64,000 bases of DNA from a virus (IMGVR_UViG_3300035698_027145:828-64827); one strand, 5' to 3'; positions 10,321 to 20,629 are shown, numbered from the stretch's first letter. The notes: generated by a model not told the origin, from the letters alone. Program-made: numbers and translations.

Positions 10321-10778
10321 TGCCTAACTGGTTTAAAAAAACAGCACGAATGAGGGGTGGAGTAACTCCGATCATGGATGAGTATACTAGGGGAATTCGC
10401 CCTGATACAGAGGAACATAAAGAAGATAATGATACCTTAACTAGGCCTGCTGGAGAATTTGGAGGTAACGAAAGACCAGGTTATCCAAAAGGAATAAGTA
10501 AGAATCGTAATAATTCCGATGATCCTACATGGGCTAAATTGCATGGCACAATTCCTGGAGAAGCAGTTTTAATGGATGACGGTGGTGATTCTGATGAAGG
10601 ATTAGGAGATCGTTTCGTGTCTCGAGGAGAGGGAATAGAAGACAACGACACGTTGCCTATAGGGACTCAAGAGGAATCGGTAAGGTTGGATAAGGGAACT
10701 GTTGGTCCACATAATATGCAACAAAATATTTTCAATAGAATAAAGAAAAAAACTAAATTAAGAGGTTTAAAACTATAA
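10320..10778 (+). CDS. Putative head-associated protein (MPNWFKKTA leader)
   Basis: TAATG coupling; acidic disordered body; leader resembles the MNWYK family. Confidence 0.65.
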   Translation: MPNWFKKTARMRGGVTPIMDEYTRGIRPDTEEHKEDNDTLTRPAGEFGGNERPGYPKGISKNRNNSDDPTWAKLHGTIPGEAVLMDDGGDSDEGLGDRFVSRGEGIEDNDTLPIGTQEESVRLDKGTVGPHNMQQNIFNRIKKKTKLRGLKL

Positions 10779-10801
10779 ATTTTATACCTTTATAGAATAT
10801 T

Positions 10802-10835
10802 GAGCCATTAATATTAAATTATTAGTGGCTTTTTT
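10802..10835 (+). terminator. Intrinsic terminator
   Basis: AGCCATTAATA / TATTAGTGGCT stem followed by a T run. Confidence 0.75.
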
Positions 10836-10898
10836 ATTATAAAAATGAAAAAAATCCGATAGGTATATAGATTAATATATTGTCTATACAAGGAGAAA

Positions 10899-11864
10899 TT
10901 GATGATTTTTAAAGTGTCTGAAGATTTTAAAGGTAGCTGTGTACTACCTACATTAGATAGGGCTATTTGGGCAGGAGTTATTCTGTCTATTAGTGGTAAT
11001 GAGCTGAATGCAGGTGACGTTCAGGATGCTATAAGTAAAGGTATTTTAGTGTCTGTTGATAAGAAATATAAGCAAGCAGAACAAAAAGATCATGATGTGG
11101 TGATTGTTAATAACACTAATAGATTGCTAACTCTTAGTGGTAAAACATTGAAGCCTAATGGATCTTTACCTATTAGTAAGGATGAGGCAGATGATTCGGT
11201 GATCAAAGCAGCAGCTGCTAATGGATTTATTACTATTGTTTCCGATGAAGGCGATGAGAAGTATATAAAAAGAAAAACGACAAAGAAAAAGTCCAAGAAG
11301 AAAACGACAAAGAAAGTCGCAAAGAAGAAGATTGCCAAGAAGAAAAAAGCAAAAAAAAAAGTAATTGAACTAAATGATGACTATGTAGTTCCTGAAACAG
11401 GAGCAGATAGAGAAGTAGTAGCAAAAGCTTGGAATTTTAAAACTGGAAAAATGGAAGTAGCAAAAGTTGTTCCAAAACCAGGAGATCCTATTGTAGTTGA
11501 TGCGGATGAGGTTCCAGAATTAGAATTTGTAGACGGAGAAAAGACTATCACCTCTAAAAAGAAGAAAACGTCTAGAAAAAAATCAACAAAGAACAAGGCG
11601 TCTAGAAAAAAAGCAACAAAAAAAAAGGTATTGAAGGCTAAAAAGAGGAAAGTAAAAGCATTAGAGCCTGTTGGAGAAAAGAAGCTTCCAAAAACAGCTA
11701 TGGATGCTGCTATAGAGTTAGATAGTAGAGGCAAGCCACTTGGAGAAGGTGGTTCAGATCATTTAAAACATTTGATCGACCTTGCGGATTCTTCAGAAGA
11801 TGTTGGTTTTGCTGACGATGAACAAGCTCTAAAGAGATATAATGATAGAACAGATATAGGTTAA
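10899..11864 (+). CDS. Hypothetical protein with two Lys-rich histone H1-like tracts
   Basis: AGGAG SD; KKTTKKKSKKK... and KKKKTSRKKSTKNK... tracts. Confidence 0.7.
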   Translation: MMIFKVSEDFKGSCVLPTLDRAIWAGVILSISGNELNAGDVQDAISKGILVSVDKKYKQAEQKDHDVVIVNNTNRLLTLSGKTLKPNGSLPISKDEADDSVIKAAAANGFITIVSDEGDEKYIKRKTTKKKSKKKTTKKVAKKKIAKKKKAKKKVIELNDDYVVPETGADREVVAKAWNFKTGKMEVAKVVPKPGDPIVVDADEVPELEFVDGEKTITSKKKKTSRKKSTKNKASRKKATKKKVLKAKKRKVKALEPVGEKKLPKTAMDAAIELDSRGKPLGEGGSDHLKHLIDLADSSEDVGFADDEQALKRYNDRTDIG

Positions 11865-11869
11865 TATTT

Positions 11870-12646
11870 ATGGATACATGGACATTATTGGCAAAAGAGT
11901 TAGGTTATTATGGCATCGATCTTATAGATAATAAGAAATGTCAAATATCTAATGATAATGGAGATGTTAAAGTGCAGGGAGTTATAAAGACTGTCCGCAT
12001 GATGAATACTTACGCTAAGGAACAGAAGAAGTTATTATCATCTTTATGGGGAGAAGTAGTAGAAGTTCTTAAGGAGCAGTCCATTGCTCCAGAGATTATA
12101 GATGATGACATGACAAAACTGTTTGTATTTTCATTGAAAGATATGATTAAGTATCTTTTGTGTTTTGATAGCATAGAGAAATCTAAATACTATATAACTG
12201 TTTCTCAAGCATTATCCAGAGATACTAAATCTTTTAGTAAGAGGCAAATTTATTCTATTCCAGATTATAAAATTTCTATTGATTGGATTAGCAGAAATAT
12301 AAGTAAGTTATTATATATATCTAATCTATTATCTTTAGCTTCTATGGGCAAAAAGAGAGTTTCTCAGTTGGATATTAGAACAGCAAAAGGTATTGCTGGT
12401 CCTTGGTCTCGTTTAACTCTGCCTATGGAAGAAAGAGTTTTTCCTTTTGGGTTTGGTTTGAGAGCAAGAGAAAAAGGAAAGCAAAAACAAAAACGTTATA
12501 CTGATGGATTGAAAAACTACAATAATGATGGTCGAGTTGGTGAAGGATTTTACTGGAGGGAATTAAGGAATGAACCTTATAGTTGGGCAGATAAAGATAC
12601 AGAGTCGCCTTATCCAACTAGAAAAATGTTAAGTGGTAGACCGTAA
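11870..12646 (+). CDS. Hypothetical protein
   Basis: 258 aa ORF in operon; no recognised domain. Confidence 0.7.
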   Translation: MDTWTLLAKELGYYGIDLIDNKKCQISNDNGDVKVQGVIKTVRMMNTYAKEQKKLLSSLWGEVVEVLKEQSIAPEIIDDDMTKLFVFSLKDMIKYLLCFDSIEKSKYYITVSQALSRDTKSFSKRQIYSIPDYKISIDWISRNISKLLYISNLLSLASMGKKRVSQLDIRTAKGIAGPWSRLTLPMEERVFPFGFGLRAREKGKQKQKRYTDGLKNYNNDGRVGEGFYWRELRNEPYSWADKDTESPYPTRKMLSGRP

Positions 12647-12715
12647 TATCTAAGAAAAAAGCTCTTTAGACATAAGAATATGATAAGTTTTGTTAGATAA
12701 TTAAAGGATTTATAA

Positions 12716-13003
12716 ATGAAAATCTTAAAAACAGCAAATTATGAAAAGTTAGCTCATCGTGTATCTTTTAAGCATATATGCGATGATTGTAACGAGTTCA
12801 CCTATTTGACAAAAAGAGATATGATGAGCAAATCTGTTCCAAGATGTAACTTTTGTGGATCAACGTGGTTAGAGCCCGTTACGGAACATGCTAAAGGCAA
12901 AATGCAGCAAGGTCACGATGCTTACAAAGAAAACGTAGAGTTAACTCAGGATAAGACAAATTTTCAAAATAAGAGTATGGATAGAGAACTCTCTCATCTT
13001 TAA
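12716..13003 (+). CDS. Zn-ribbon protein with MKILKTANY leader
   Basis: CDDC...CNFCGS; AAGGA SD; leader shared with the 24965-27256 array. Confidence 0.75.
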   Translation: MKILKTANYEKLAHRVSFKHICDDCNEFTYLTKRDMMSKSVPRCNFCGSTWLEPVTEHAKGKMQQGHDAYKENVELTQDKTNFQNKSMDRELSHL

Positions 13004-13015
13004 GGAAATAATATA

Positions 13016-13441
13016 ATGAAAAAGTACGGACAATCATCAATTTGGGATAGTTTAATAAGTATAATGCCAGAGTTCGCAGATAAGATTCGTAAGAGTCCTG
13101 CTTATGTAGATCCTATAGCTGCTAAGTCTTTATATAATATATGGAGATCAGGAGAAGAGAAGAAAGCAGAGAAAGTCTTTAAAAAGCCTGTGACATTAGG
13201 AACTGACGAGATGAGTAGGATGTCAGAAGCAGGTCTTATTAAGGCTATTGGAGATAATATAGAAATCACAGAAAAAGGATCTAAAGTCATTAATGTTATG
13301 ATACTTGGTGATGAGAGGTCTATATTTGAAGATGATGGCACTAATGTAGAATATAACGTAGCTCTTAATAATACCAATGGTATAAAAACCGCTAAAAGCA
13401 TGAAAGTAGCATCTAGTTGGTGGGATAGGTTTAAAGAATAA
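13016..13441 (+). CDS. Hypothetical protein, possible winged helix
   Basis: MSEAGLIK...IEITEKG resembles a wHTH wing; ends IKTAKSMKVASSWW. Confidence 0.65.
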   Translation: MKKYGQSSIWDSLISIMPEFADKIRKSPAYVDPIAAKSLYNIWRSGEEKKAEKVFKKPVTLGTDEMSRMSEAGLIKAIGDNIEITEKGSKVINVMILGDERSIFEDDGTNVEYNVALNNTNGIKTAKSMKVASSWWDRFKE

Positions 13442-13452
13442 AGGAAAGATGC

Positions 13453-13878
13453 ATGTCGGAAATAACGGTCCTATTTAGGGTCAAGGATGAGCCAAGCAAA
13501 GAAAAGGTTAATGAGGAACTTAACTGGTATGACACCGTAAAGGGAGAAATGTTAGTTTTTCATGGTGGGAGATTGTCATTCAAATATAAAGAAGATGATT
13601 ATCTAGTAAAGCTAGGAGCAGAAGAAAGGCAGCGAAGAGGCATTAAAAGCACTTATAGGATGTTGCCACAAGTTGAAGAATTAGTAGTAAATAATCATTT
13701 TAATATCATTAAGACTACAAATAGGAAAGAAATAGAGAGTTGGTTTTATGATTACAATATCGATCATAACTCAGATATTGAAGATGTTACTAGTGATGGT
13801 ATAATTTTTGAAGTGCCTGAGAATGAAAGAGAAGAGTTTTGTGATCAATTAGAGGATAGTGGATTTAGATATGAGTAG
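13453..13878 (+). CDS. Hypothetical protein
   Basis: 141 aa, AAGGA SD. Confidence 0.65.
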   Translation: MSEITVLFRVKDEPSKEKVNEELNWYDTVKGEMLVFHGGRLSFKYKEDDYLVKLGAEERQRRGIKSTYRMLPQVEELVVNNHFNIIKTTNRKEIESWFYDYNIDHNSDIEDVTSDGIIFEVPENEREEFCDQLEDSGFRYE

Positions 13879-13972
13879 GGGTGAGAAAAATATTATATTA
13901 GTTATAATATTAGTTACATTCTTATTTGCATTATGTAATGACTGTTGGGCTGGATATATTCCACAACAGTAA
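13871..13972 (+). CDS. Small hydrophobic peptide (33 aa)
   Basis: MSRGEKNIILVIILVTFLFALCNDCWAGYIPQQ*; fills the intergenic gap; below the ORF-track cutoff. Confidence 0.4.
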   Translation: MSRGEKNIILVIILVTFLFALCNDCWAGYIPQQ

Positions 13973-13993
13973 ATAGGGTGGATTGGAAAATAA

Positions 13994-14359
13994 ATGATTA
14001 AACATTATTTAAATGTCGATATAGCTGATACTCCTAGCATGCATCAGAGAGGTTTGATGTATAGGAAAAAACTAGGGGAAGATGATGGTATGTTGTTTAA
14101 ATTTAGAAGTCCTCAGAATTTGAAGTTCTGGGGATTAAACACATATATACCTCTGGCTATTGCTTTTGTATCGCCAGAAAAAGAAATTGTTAAAATCTCA
14201 TATATTAGTCCTTGTTCGACCAAAATGGTCGATAGTGATATAGATTGTAATATGGCAATTGAAGCTAATTATGATTTTTTTAGTAAAAATGATATTAATA
14301 TTGGTAGCAAGATTGAAGTAATTAATGACGATTATTCGACTCTTGTAAAATTTTTGTAA
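13994..14359 (+). CDS. DUF192-family protein
   Basis: DIADT...RGLMYR..L...GMLFKF...FW..NTYIPL.IAF signature. Confidence 0.9.
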   Translation: MIKHYLNVDIADTPSMHQRGLMYRKKLGEDDGMLFKFRSPQNLKFWGLNTYIPLAIAFVSPEKEIVKISYISPCSTKMVDSDIDCNMAIEANYDFFSKNDINIGSKIEVINDDYSTLVKFL

Positions 14360-14372
14360 TAGGAGATAAAGT

Positions 14373-14735
14373 ATGAAGTTTTTGTTGAGCGAAATTTATG
14401 GAATGACTAGGAATTTAACTAAATTGACAGATAAAGAATTGCCTATTAAGATTTCTTATCGTCTTTTAAAACTCTTAAAAGGTTGTTCTGAAGAACTCGA
14501 GACTCTTGAAAAAGCTAGAGTTAAATTAGTTGAGAATTATGCCGAAGAGCCAAAAGAAGGTGGAGAAATGCAAGTCTCTGATGAGAACAAGGTAAAGTTT
14601 CAAGAAGAATTTACTGTACTTCTAAACGAAGAGGTAGAGATTGATTTTGTTCCTATTCCAATAGGTGATTTAGGAGACATTAGTTTATCAACTAATGACT
14701 TAGTACCTTTGCAAAAAATAATCAGTGAAAAATAA
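14373..14735 (+). CDS. Conserved phage helical protein (DUF1617-like)
   Basis: KELPIKISYRL...EFTVLLNEEVEIDF pattern seen in phage proteins. Confidence 0.6.
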   Translation: MKFLLSEIYGMTRNLTKLTDKELPIKISYRLLKLLKGCSEELETLEKARVKLVENYAEEPKEGGEMQVSDENKVKFQEEFTVLLNEEVEIDFVPIPIGDLGDISLSTNDLVPLQKIISEK

Positions 14736-14772
14736 ATCAAGGATTTTCTTTATTTTTCTTTAATTTAATATA

Positions 14773-17121
14773 ATGAAAAGAATTGATACTAAAAAATATG
14801 CTGTAAATTTTAGAGAAGTTAATGATTGGTTTGATGATGATACTATTGAACAGATAGATCAATATCAGTCCGATCAAGAAGATATAGAAGTGGTTGATTA
14901 TGATGCCATGCAGGAGGGGAGAATTCCTACTGTAGAAATGGGAGATGAAGAAGCTGACGCTGTTCTTATAGATAATGAACTATGGGAACCAGAGAGTCAG
15001 GAGCCTACCGAAGAACCACTGGAAGAAGATATAGAAGAGCCAGTTGAAGATCCACTATTAGAAGTTACAGAAGACCCAGAAGATTTTTCTTCTACCCACG
15101 AAGCTATGCAGTGGGCTATAGATAATCATAGAGTTGTTAAGATTTTCTATACTACCAAAGGGCGTGGAAGTAGAGATGATTCTGTATATTTGAAAAGAGA
15201 GAAAAACCTAACTAAGCAACCTGGTGGTGGGGTTAGTATCTACAGAACAGTAGAGCCTCATTATATGTATACTGCTGGAAATGGTAATCTTATAATGGTT
15301 ACATTTGATAGGTCAGTATCAAGAGGTTTTGTCGGAATGAAATCGGGAAGACCTGACAAGTATATTAGAGGTTATATTATTGATAATATTAGTGATTATA
15401 ATTTTGTAAAAAATAGGAGATCTGATAAGCCACAGCATTTTAAGCCAAAATTTAAAATTAGCCCAAGGCATATTAAAGGGATAGATACTATGGAAAATAT
15501 AAATGAAAATTTGGGAGAAGTTGCAGCAGCTATATCTAATAAAGGTATGGTTAAGTCAGCAGCTATTGTTAGAGATTCCATTAAAGTAATGGAAAATCTT
15601 AAGCAGGCTCAGTACGTGGGAGTACAAGGGTATTGGTTAAGAAATAGGAGATGTTGGGATAACTGCTATAGGCAGAAAAGAACAACACAGCCAAAAACTC
15701 CTGCTCAAGTAGTATGGACAGAATGCTGGGATGAATATAGAGAGTCTATAAATAATAATAGTAGCGGTTGGGAAAAATACGCAAAAAGAGATAAAACTAT
15801 TAAGATAAGCTCTAAAGAAGATAGTAATCAGAAAAAGATTTTCGCAGATAAAGTAATGAAAAAAGTTAAGGAAGGCTTAAGCACTCCTGAAGCTATCTAT
15901 GCCTCTATTGAGGAAGGATTAAGAAAGCACCAAGATAAGGTGTTGGGAAGTTCTTCTAAGTTAGTAGAATTGGCAGAGACTCTATATGATAGCGGTATGG
16001 AAGATCTTGGAGCAAAGATAGCAGCAGCATCTACTGCAATGTTAAAGGAAGCAGATTTTTTTCAATCAACCCCAGTCTCTAAAGAAGCACAGTTCGAAGG
16101 CGAATCTAATAGTAACTGGGGTGCTATCGGCAGAGGTGTTGGCAAGTTAAAAGATATGTGGAAGGGCAAAGGCGGTAAGTCAGATGTAGTTAAAAAGTTA
16201 CAAAGTGTTATTGATCGAGCAAATAAAATGCTTATGTATATTAATGCCGCTCAGGGAGGGCAATCTAATATGCAGGCATCAAGCCAATCTATTGTCATTG
16301 AAGCAGGAAAAGAAATGAAGGTAGCAGCTCCTCCAGTTCCCCCTGCTAAACGTGGTCCTCGTCAGCGTCCAGGAGGCAAAGGGTTTATGTCTATGGAAGA
16401 GCAGGAAGGTGAAGGAAGAGATTGGAATACAGGCTTAGATACAGAAACATCCGCTCAAAATGAAAATATGATGTATGACGAAACATCCGCTCGTAATCAA
16501 GACATGCTTCAAAATGATGAGGCTATGGCGTATCAGCAAAACAAAAATATCCAACAACCTAATCCTAAGCAACAAAAGATGGTTGCAATGGTGGAAAAAG
16601 AATTTGGTAGTTTTATGAAAGATACTGGTCAGTTGGTTAAGGATCTATCTGGAGTAGCTACAAGTGGAAACGAAGAAGTTAAAGGATTTGCATCTCAAGC
16701 AGTGCCTCTATTGCAGGGCTTTATTAATAGTGGCCAGCAAGCATATCAATCAAATAGTTATGGTGAGAGACAAAATCTTTTAAGGGGATCTTTAGAGGGC
16801 TTGGTCTCTGGCTTACAAAGTGTCTTGTCTGGACAGACTGCTCAAGGTTTAGATTTAGGAGCAGCACAGCAAGGAACAGCCCAGCAGGGAGTAGGTCAGC
16901 AGGGAGTAGGTCAGCAGGGAATAGGTCAGCAAGAAGCTTCTGATATGCCTGGGTTAGATCAAGCTAATACTCTTGATTTTAACAGTCTTAGTCAGATGAA
17001 TATGCAGCAGTTGAAACCTTATAAAGAACAGGTAGATAGAAGATGGGCACAATTAGAACAGGAGCAGATGCAGCAAAATAAAGCAGGAGCATATAATCAT
17101 AGATTAAAAATTATGAAATAA
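14773..17121 (+). CDS. Large head-associated protein with N-terminal WYL-like domain and Q/G-rich tail
   Basis: WAIDNHRVVKIFYT...RTVEPH...TFDRS...RGYIIDNI fits WYL; many K-x-A sites; QQGVG repeats; no SD, leaderless-type start. Confidence 0.65.
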   Translation: MKRIDTKKYAVNFREVNDWFDDDTIEQIDQYQSDQEDIEVVDYDAMQEGRIPTVEMGDEEADAVLIDNELWEPESQEPTEEPLEEDIEEPVEDPLLEVTEDPEDFSSTHEAMQWAIDNHRVVKIFYTTKGRGSRDDSVYLKREKNLTKQPGGGVSIYRTVEPHYMYTAGNGNLIMVTFDRSVSRGFVGMKSGRPDKYIRGYIIDNISDYNFVKNRRSDKPQHFKPKFKISPRHIKGIDTMENINENLGEVAAAISNKGMVKSAAIVRDSIKVMENLKQAQYVGVQGYWLRNRRCWDNCYRQKRTTQPKTPAQVVWTECWDEYRESINNNSSGWEKYAKRDKTIKISSKEDSNQKKIFADKVMKKVKEGLSTPEAIYASIEEGLRKHQDKVLGSSSKLVELAETLYDSGMEDLGAKIAAASTAMLKEADFFQSTPVSKEAQFEGESNSNWGAIGRGVGKLKDMWKGKGGKSDVVKKLQSVIDRANKMLMYINAAQGGQSNMQASSQSIVIEAGKEMKVAAPPVPPAKRGPRQRPGGKGFMSMEEQEGEGRDWNTGLDTETSAQNENMMYDETSARNQDMLQNDEAMAYQQNKNIQQPNPKQQKMVAMVEKEFGSFMKDTGQLVKDLSGVATSGNEEVKGFASQAVPLLQGFINSGQQAYQSNSYGERQNLLRGSLEGLVSGLQSVLSGQTAQGLDLGAAQQGTAQQGVGQQGVGQQGIGQQEASDMPGLDQANTLDFNSLSQMNMQQLKPYKEQVDRRWAQLEQEQMQQNKAGAYNHRLKIMK
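16867..16932 (+). repeat. 15-bp in-frame tandem repeat (QQGVG)
   Basis: CAGCAGGGAGTAGGT x2 plus degenerate copies. Confidence 0.85.
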
Positions 17122-17201
17122 AAAAAGGTTTTTTTAGAAAATATTCAAAATAATATAAAATATAGCATAGATTTTAAATAAATAGTAAGGAGAATAAAAC
17201 T

Positions 17202-18014
17202 ATGAAGCTTATTACTAATCGAATTAGTACAGGAAAGCCAAAAAACTTTGAGGATTTTGTTAATGATTTTAAAAACAAAAACCGAGTAAAAACGGCTTCC
17301 GTAAAAACAGCGGAACAAGAAGAAGCAGATTCAAGCGGACAGCTAGATGTTGAGCCTCTACATCAAGAAGGTGAATCAACAACTATGCCTAAAGCAGGAC
17401 CAAGTGCTAAGAAGGATGATGGCGAAAAGTCAGCAGCATCTACTACAGATCCTGAGGCTGAAGCTAAAGATTCTGGACAGCCTAAGGCAGAAGGTTCAGA
17501 AAAATTCACTAATGATCCTAAAGTTCCTTCAAAAGAGGAAAAAGCTGGATCAGCAGATGCTTCTGTTAAAATAGCTGGCGAAACATGCGAAGGTTGCAAT
17601 TGTCCAAAGGATGCATGCGAATGCAAAGATTGCACATCTAAAAAAGATGAAGATGATGAAGAAGTAAAAGAAGCTGGCGTTAAAGGTAATTGTGGAGACT
17701 GTGGCAAACCTAATTTCCTATGCAAATGCAAAGGTGATAGTGCTGACAGCGACGACAAGGATGACAAAGATGATGACGACAAAGAAGCTAAGACCGATGA
17801 TAAAGAAGAAAAAGAAGCTAAGGTAGACGAAGATGATAAAGAAGAAAAAGAAGCTAAAGCAGATGAAGACGATAAAGAAGAAAAAGAAGCTTCTAAAAAA
17901 GTTGAATTTGTAAAGATTGCTAATCTTGATGCAAAGAATAAAAGTTTCTTGACAGAATATTGGAGAGGGTTGTTTGGTGACGATTACGTAAACGCTCTTG
18001 TTTCTGATAAGTAA
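17202..18014 (+). CDS. Acidic low-complexity head/core protein with Cys-rich motifs
   Basis: AAGGAG SD; DDKEEKEA x3, CEGCNC..AC.C, CGDCGKPNFLCKC; VKTAS/VKIAG/KEAS motifs. Confidence 0.7.
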   Translation: MKLITNRISTGKPKNFEDFVNDFKNKNRVKTASVKTAEQEEADSSGQLDVEPLHQEGESTTMPKAGPSAKKDDGEKSAASTTDPEAEAKDSGQPKAEGSEKFTNDPKVPSKEEKAGSADASVKIAGETCEGCNCPKDACECKDCTSKKDEDDEEVKEAGVKGNCGDCGKPNFLCKCKGDSADSDDKDDKDDDDKEAKTDDKEEKEAKVDEDDKEEKEAKADEDDKEEKEASKKVEFVKIANLDAKNKSFLTEYWRGLFGDDYVNALVSDK

Positions 18015-18044
18015 AAGATAACTTTTAATAATGGAGCTAGTGAT

Positions 18045-18773
18045 ATGGATATTGTCCCAGCAGGTAAGACTCGAGTGATGGTTGCACAGAATTTTTCAAA
18101 TCCTTTATCTGAAGGGTTTGGAGGACAAAGTGCTGCCGATGAGAATATGCCAAGCCCTGAAATGTCTCCTGAACAAGGAGCGTTAGAAACAGGTGGAGCT
18201 ATGGAAGAAGACATTAATGAAGAGGCTAGTCCTACTATTAATGATGATGTTAGCATCGAGCCAGGAGAAGATCAGGAAGTCGCTCCTAAAGAAAATGGTA
18301 AAAAGACGCTTACTACTTATGTCTATGAAAAACTTCAGAATTATGGATATCCTGGACGAAGACTGCAAGATTTTAAAGCAGAGTTCGTTAAGGAATCCAT
18401 ATCCCCTGAGGGCGTTAAAGATATTCAAGTAGTGATTCCTGATAAAAAGTATCCTGATGCAAAAGGATATACTGATACTATAGAGAACGAAGAGCTAAAA
18501 CAAATATCGCACGAAGTTAACCAGATGTTTGGATTAAATTTTAACGGTGCGGAACGATCAGATGGGAAGTGGACTATTAAGTTTACTTCTGCTGATTTAT
18601 CAGATCCTGAAGAAGCGGTATCAAATGATAATCTTGATTCGGTTTATGGTAAGCCAGAAAAAAGCCAGTCGGATCAGCAAAACGCGATGAGATCAGCGGC
18701 AGGAACAGGTCAAATGACCAAGTATCAGAAAGATGAACTAGTTAACAAATTAAATAAGATTGGAGATAAATAA
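18045..18773 (+). CDS. Hypothetical head-module protein
   Basis: 242 aa; acidic N half, globular C half. Confidence 0.7.
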   Translation: MDIVPAGKTRVMVAQNFSNPLSEGFGGQSAADENMPSPEMSPEQGALETGGAMEEDINEEASPTINDDVSIEPGEDQEVAPKENGKKTLTTYVYEKLQNYGYPGRRLQDFKAEFVKESISPEGVKDIQVVIPDKKYPDAKGYTDTIENEELKQISHEVNQMFGLNFNGAERSDGKWTIKFTSADLSDPEEAVSNDNLDSVYGKPEKSQSDQQNAMRSAAGTGQMTKYQKDELVNKLNKIGDK

Positions 18774-19444
18774 TGATCCAAAGAATGTCAGATCAACATA
18801 AAATTAACTTTTTGGACAATAAAGAATCTTCTGAAAAAGTTGCAGGGCAAAAAGATGCTCCTAAGAAGACTATGAATCAATTATCTGAAGAACAGAAGGC
18901 TAAAAAGTTATCTAATAAATTTGATTCAAATGCACAGCAAGTTATGACAAGCAAACATATATCATCAGCTAGAACTGGAGATATTACAGATATGGGCGGA
19001 CCTAGCACATTTACTAAGTGTGATAGTGCTAACACTATTTGGGATGCTAACAAGAATGCTAAAGCAAGTGGAACAATGGATAATAAATCTAAGACTATCC
19101 AAGAAAAAGCAAATATAGCTTCTAATAAAAGAGATGCAGAGAATAAGAGAGTAAGCGATTTGGCAGAAACTCTAAAGTCTACATTGTTAAGCAAAGCTTC
19201 AACAGTTACTCCTACTGGCACTTTGAGTGGAACAAACTACAAAGAGTCAGAAAAAAATATGAGCATATTTGACAATAAAGATTTTATGAGAGTTAAAGAT
19301 CAAACTGATGGAGAAAAAGTTTCATCAGATATAAAAGATAAAAAGAGTCAGAAAGATGAGTCTTGGAGAAATGGTGGAAAAGTTGTTTCTTCTAAAGGTA
19401 TTACAAAGAAATTGTTCGATGGATTTTTTACTGGTTCGGAGTAA
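18773..19444 (+). CDS. Hypothetical head-module protein
   Basis: TAATG-coupled, K/S/N-rich, 223 aa. Confidence 0.7.
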   Translation: MIQRMSDQHKINFLDNKESSEKVAGQKDAPKKTMNQLSEEQKAKKLSNKFDSNAQQVMTSKHISSARTGDITDMGGPSTFTKCDSANTIWDANKNAKASGTMDNKSKTIQEKANIASNKRDAENKRVSDLAETLKSTLLSKASTVTPTGTLSGTNYKESEKNMSIFDNKDFMRVKDQTDGEKVSSDIKDKKSQKDESWRNGGKVVSSKGITKKLFDGFFTGSE

Positions 19445-19447
19445 TTA

Positions 19448-20629
19448 ATGGGAAAGCCTTTTAATTTGAAAAAATCATATAATGCAGATCCATTTCAGCA
19501 AATGATGACTGACGTTCCAATGGGATATAATCCTGTGGCATCTCATTATTTGTGGAATAGTGTTTATGCAAATGATCCTGCCATGGATTCTATGGCTGAT
19601 ATGTTTAGAGACATGTCTCCTGAAGATATCCAAATGGAATATGAAAGAATGTCCAATCCAGAAGTAGTAGAAGAGCTTCCCCAAGATGCTGTGCAAATCG
19701 ATGACGCTAAGCAGCAGATGAGTAGCGTTATAGGAGTTAATGCAAGTGTGAAAAAGCCTTTTAATTTGAAAAAAGCTCAAGGAGGATTTGCTCCAGATAT
19801 GATGGAATTGCAAAATGATATGGAGCAGGATTTAGAGCCTAATAGAAAGTTTCAAACGCATTCAGATTTAAATAATATGTTGTTACAATTATCTACTTCT
19901 AAGAATGCTTTTCAAATTGCATGGAATGAGATTATGGCAGAAAATCCTAAAGAATCAGATTCTGCACAATCAGCTTTGAAAAGTTATTTTCAAGGTTTGG
20001 AAACAAAGGGAGACGAGCAGCGTTTAGATGAAGCAGATATTATTTATAAATTAATTTACGGGAATGAGGAAAGTATGACTATTAAAGCCCCATACGAACA
20101 TATAGGTTCAGTTAATGAGATAATTAAGAAGTTAGCTCAAAAAACTGCTAATAAAGATAAGAAAAAAGCTTTTAATCTCACAAAGACAGCACAGCACAAA
20201 ACTATGGATAATGCTATCTTATGGGGTCCAGGGCAAACAAGAATAGATCCTTTCTTGCATCAGCCAGTTTCGGATTGGCATATAGTTGAAAGAAATAAGG
20301 GATTTGGTCTTGTTGTTGATGATGTGTGGAATATTGATTATGAAACTATCTGGCGTGAAAATGTTATGGATAAATATTCACGTCCTTATAAAAACAAAGA
20401 AGGAGATTGGGTTGGTGGATATATTCAAAAGAGATTTGAAGTTGATAAGAATATCCCAGAGACTAATAATATGCAACTAAAGCCAGGTCAGCTAAGAAGA
20501 CCAGTTCTTCCTGAGTACGGCAGCACAGAATCAAGAATGCAAGCGGCTAGATCAGCAGGCGACATTGCAGGTGCTAACGATACTTCAAAACCATTCAATT
20601 GGAAAGAAGCAAGTAAAAAAAAAAGATAG
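19448..20629 (+). CDS. Head-module protein with four FN[L/W]xK motifs; ends at an A10 slippery run
   Basis: KPFNLKKS, KPFNLKKAQ, KAFNLTKTAQ, KPFNWKEAS. Confidence 0.75.
   Translation: MGKPFNLKKSYNADPFQQMMTDVPMGYNPVASHYLWNSVYANDPAMDSMADMFRDMSPEDIQMEYERMSNPEVVEELPQDAVQIDDAKQQMSSVIGVNASVKKPFNLKKAQGGFAPDMMELQNDMEQDLEPNRKFQTHSDLNNMLLQLSTSKNAFQIAWNEIMAENPKESDSAQSALKSYFQGLETKGDEQRLDEADIIYKLIYGNEESMTIKAPYEHIGSVNEIIKKLAQKTANKDKKKAFNLTKTAQHKTMDNAILWGPGQTRIDPFLHQPVSDWHIVERNKGFGLVVDDVWNIDYETIWRENVMDKYSRPYKNKEGDWVGGYIQKRFEVDKNIPETNNMQLKPGQLRRPVLPEYGSTESRMQAARSAGDIAGANDTSKPFNWKEASKKKR

Noticed and set aside
10836-10865. Sigma-28 (FliA/SigD) promoter from CCGATA
   Set aside because: No TAAA at the required spacing here or at the other CGATA sites I checked; kept only as an unassigned motif.
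17745-17895. GATGATAAAGAAGAAAAAGAAGCT repeats as a DNA-level element
   Set aside because: In-frame coding repeats (DDKEEKEA) of an acidic protein.
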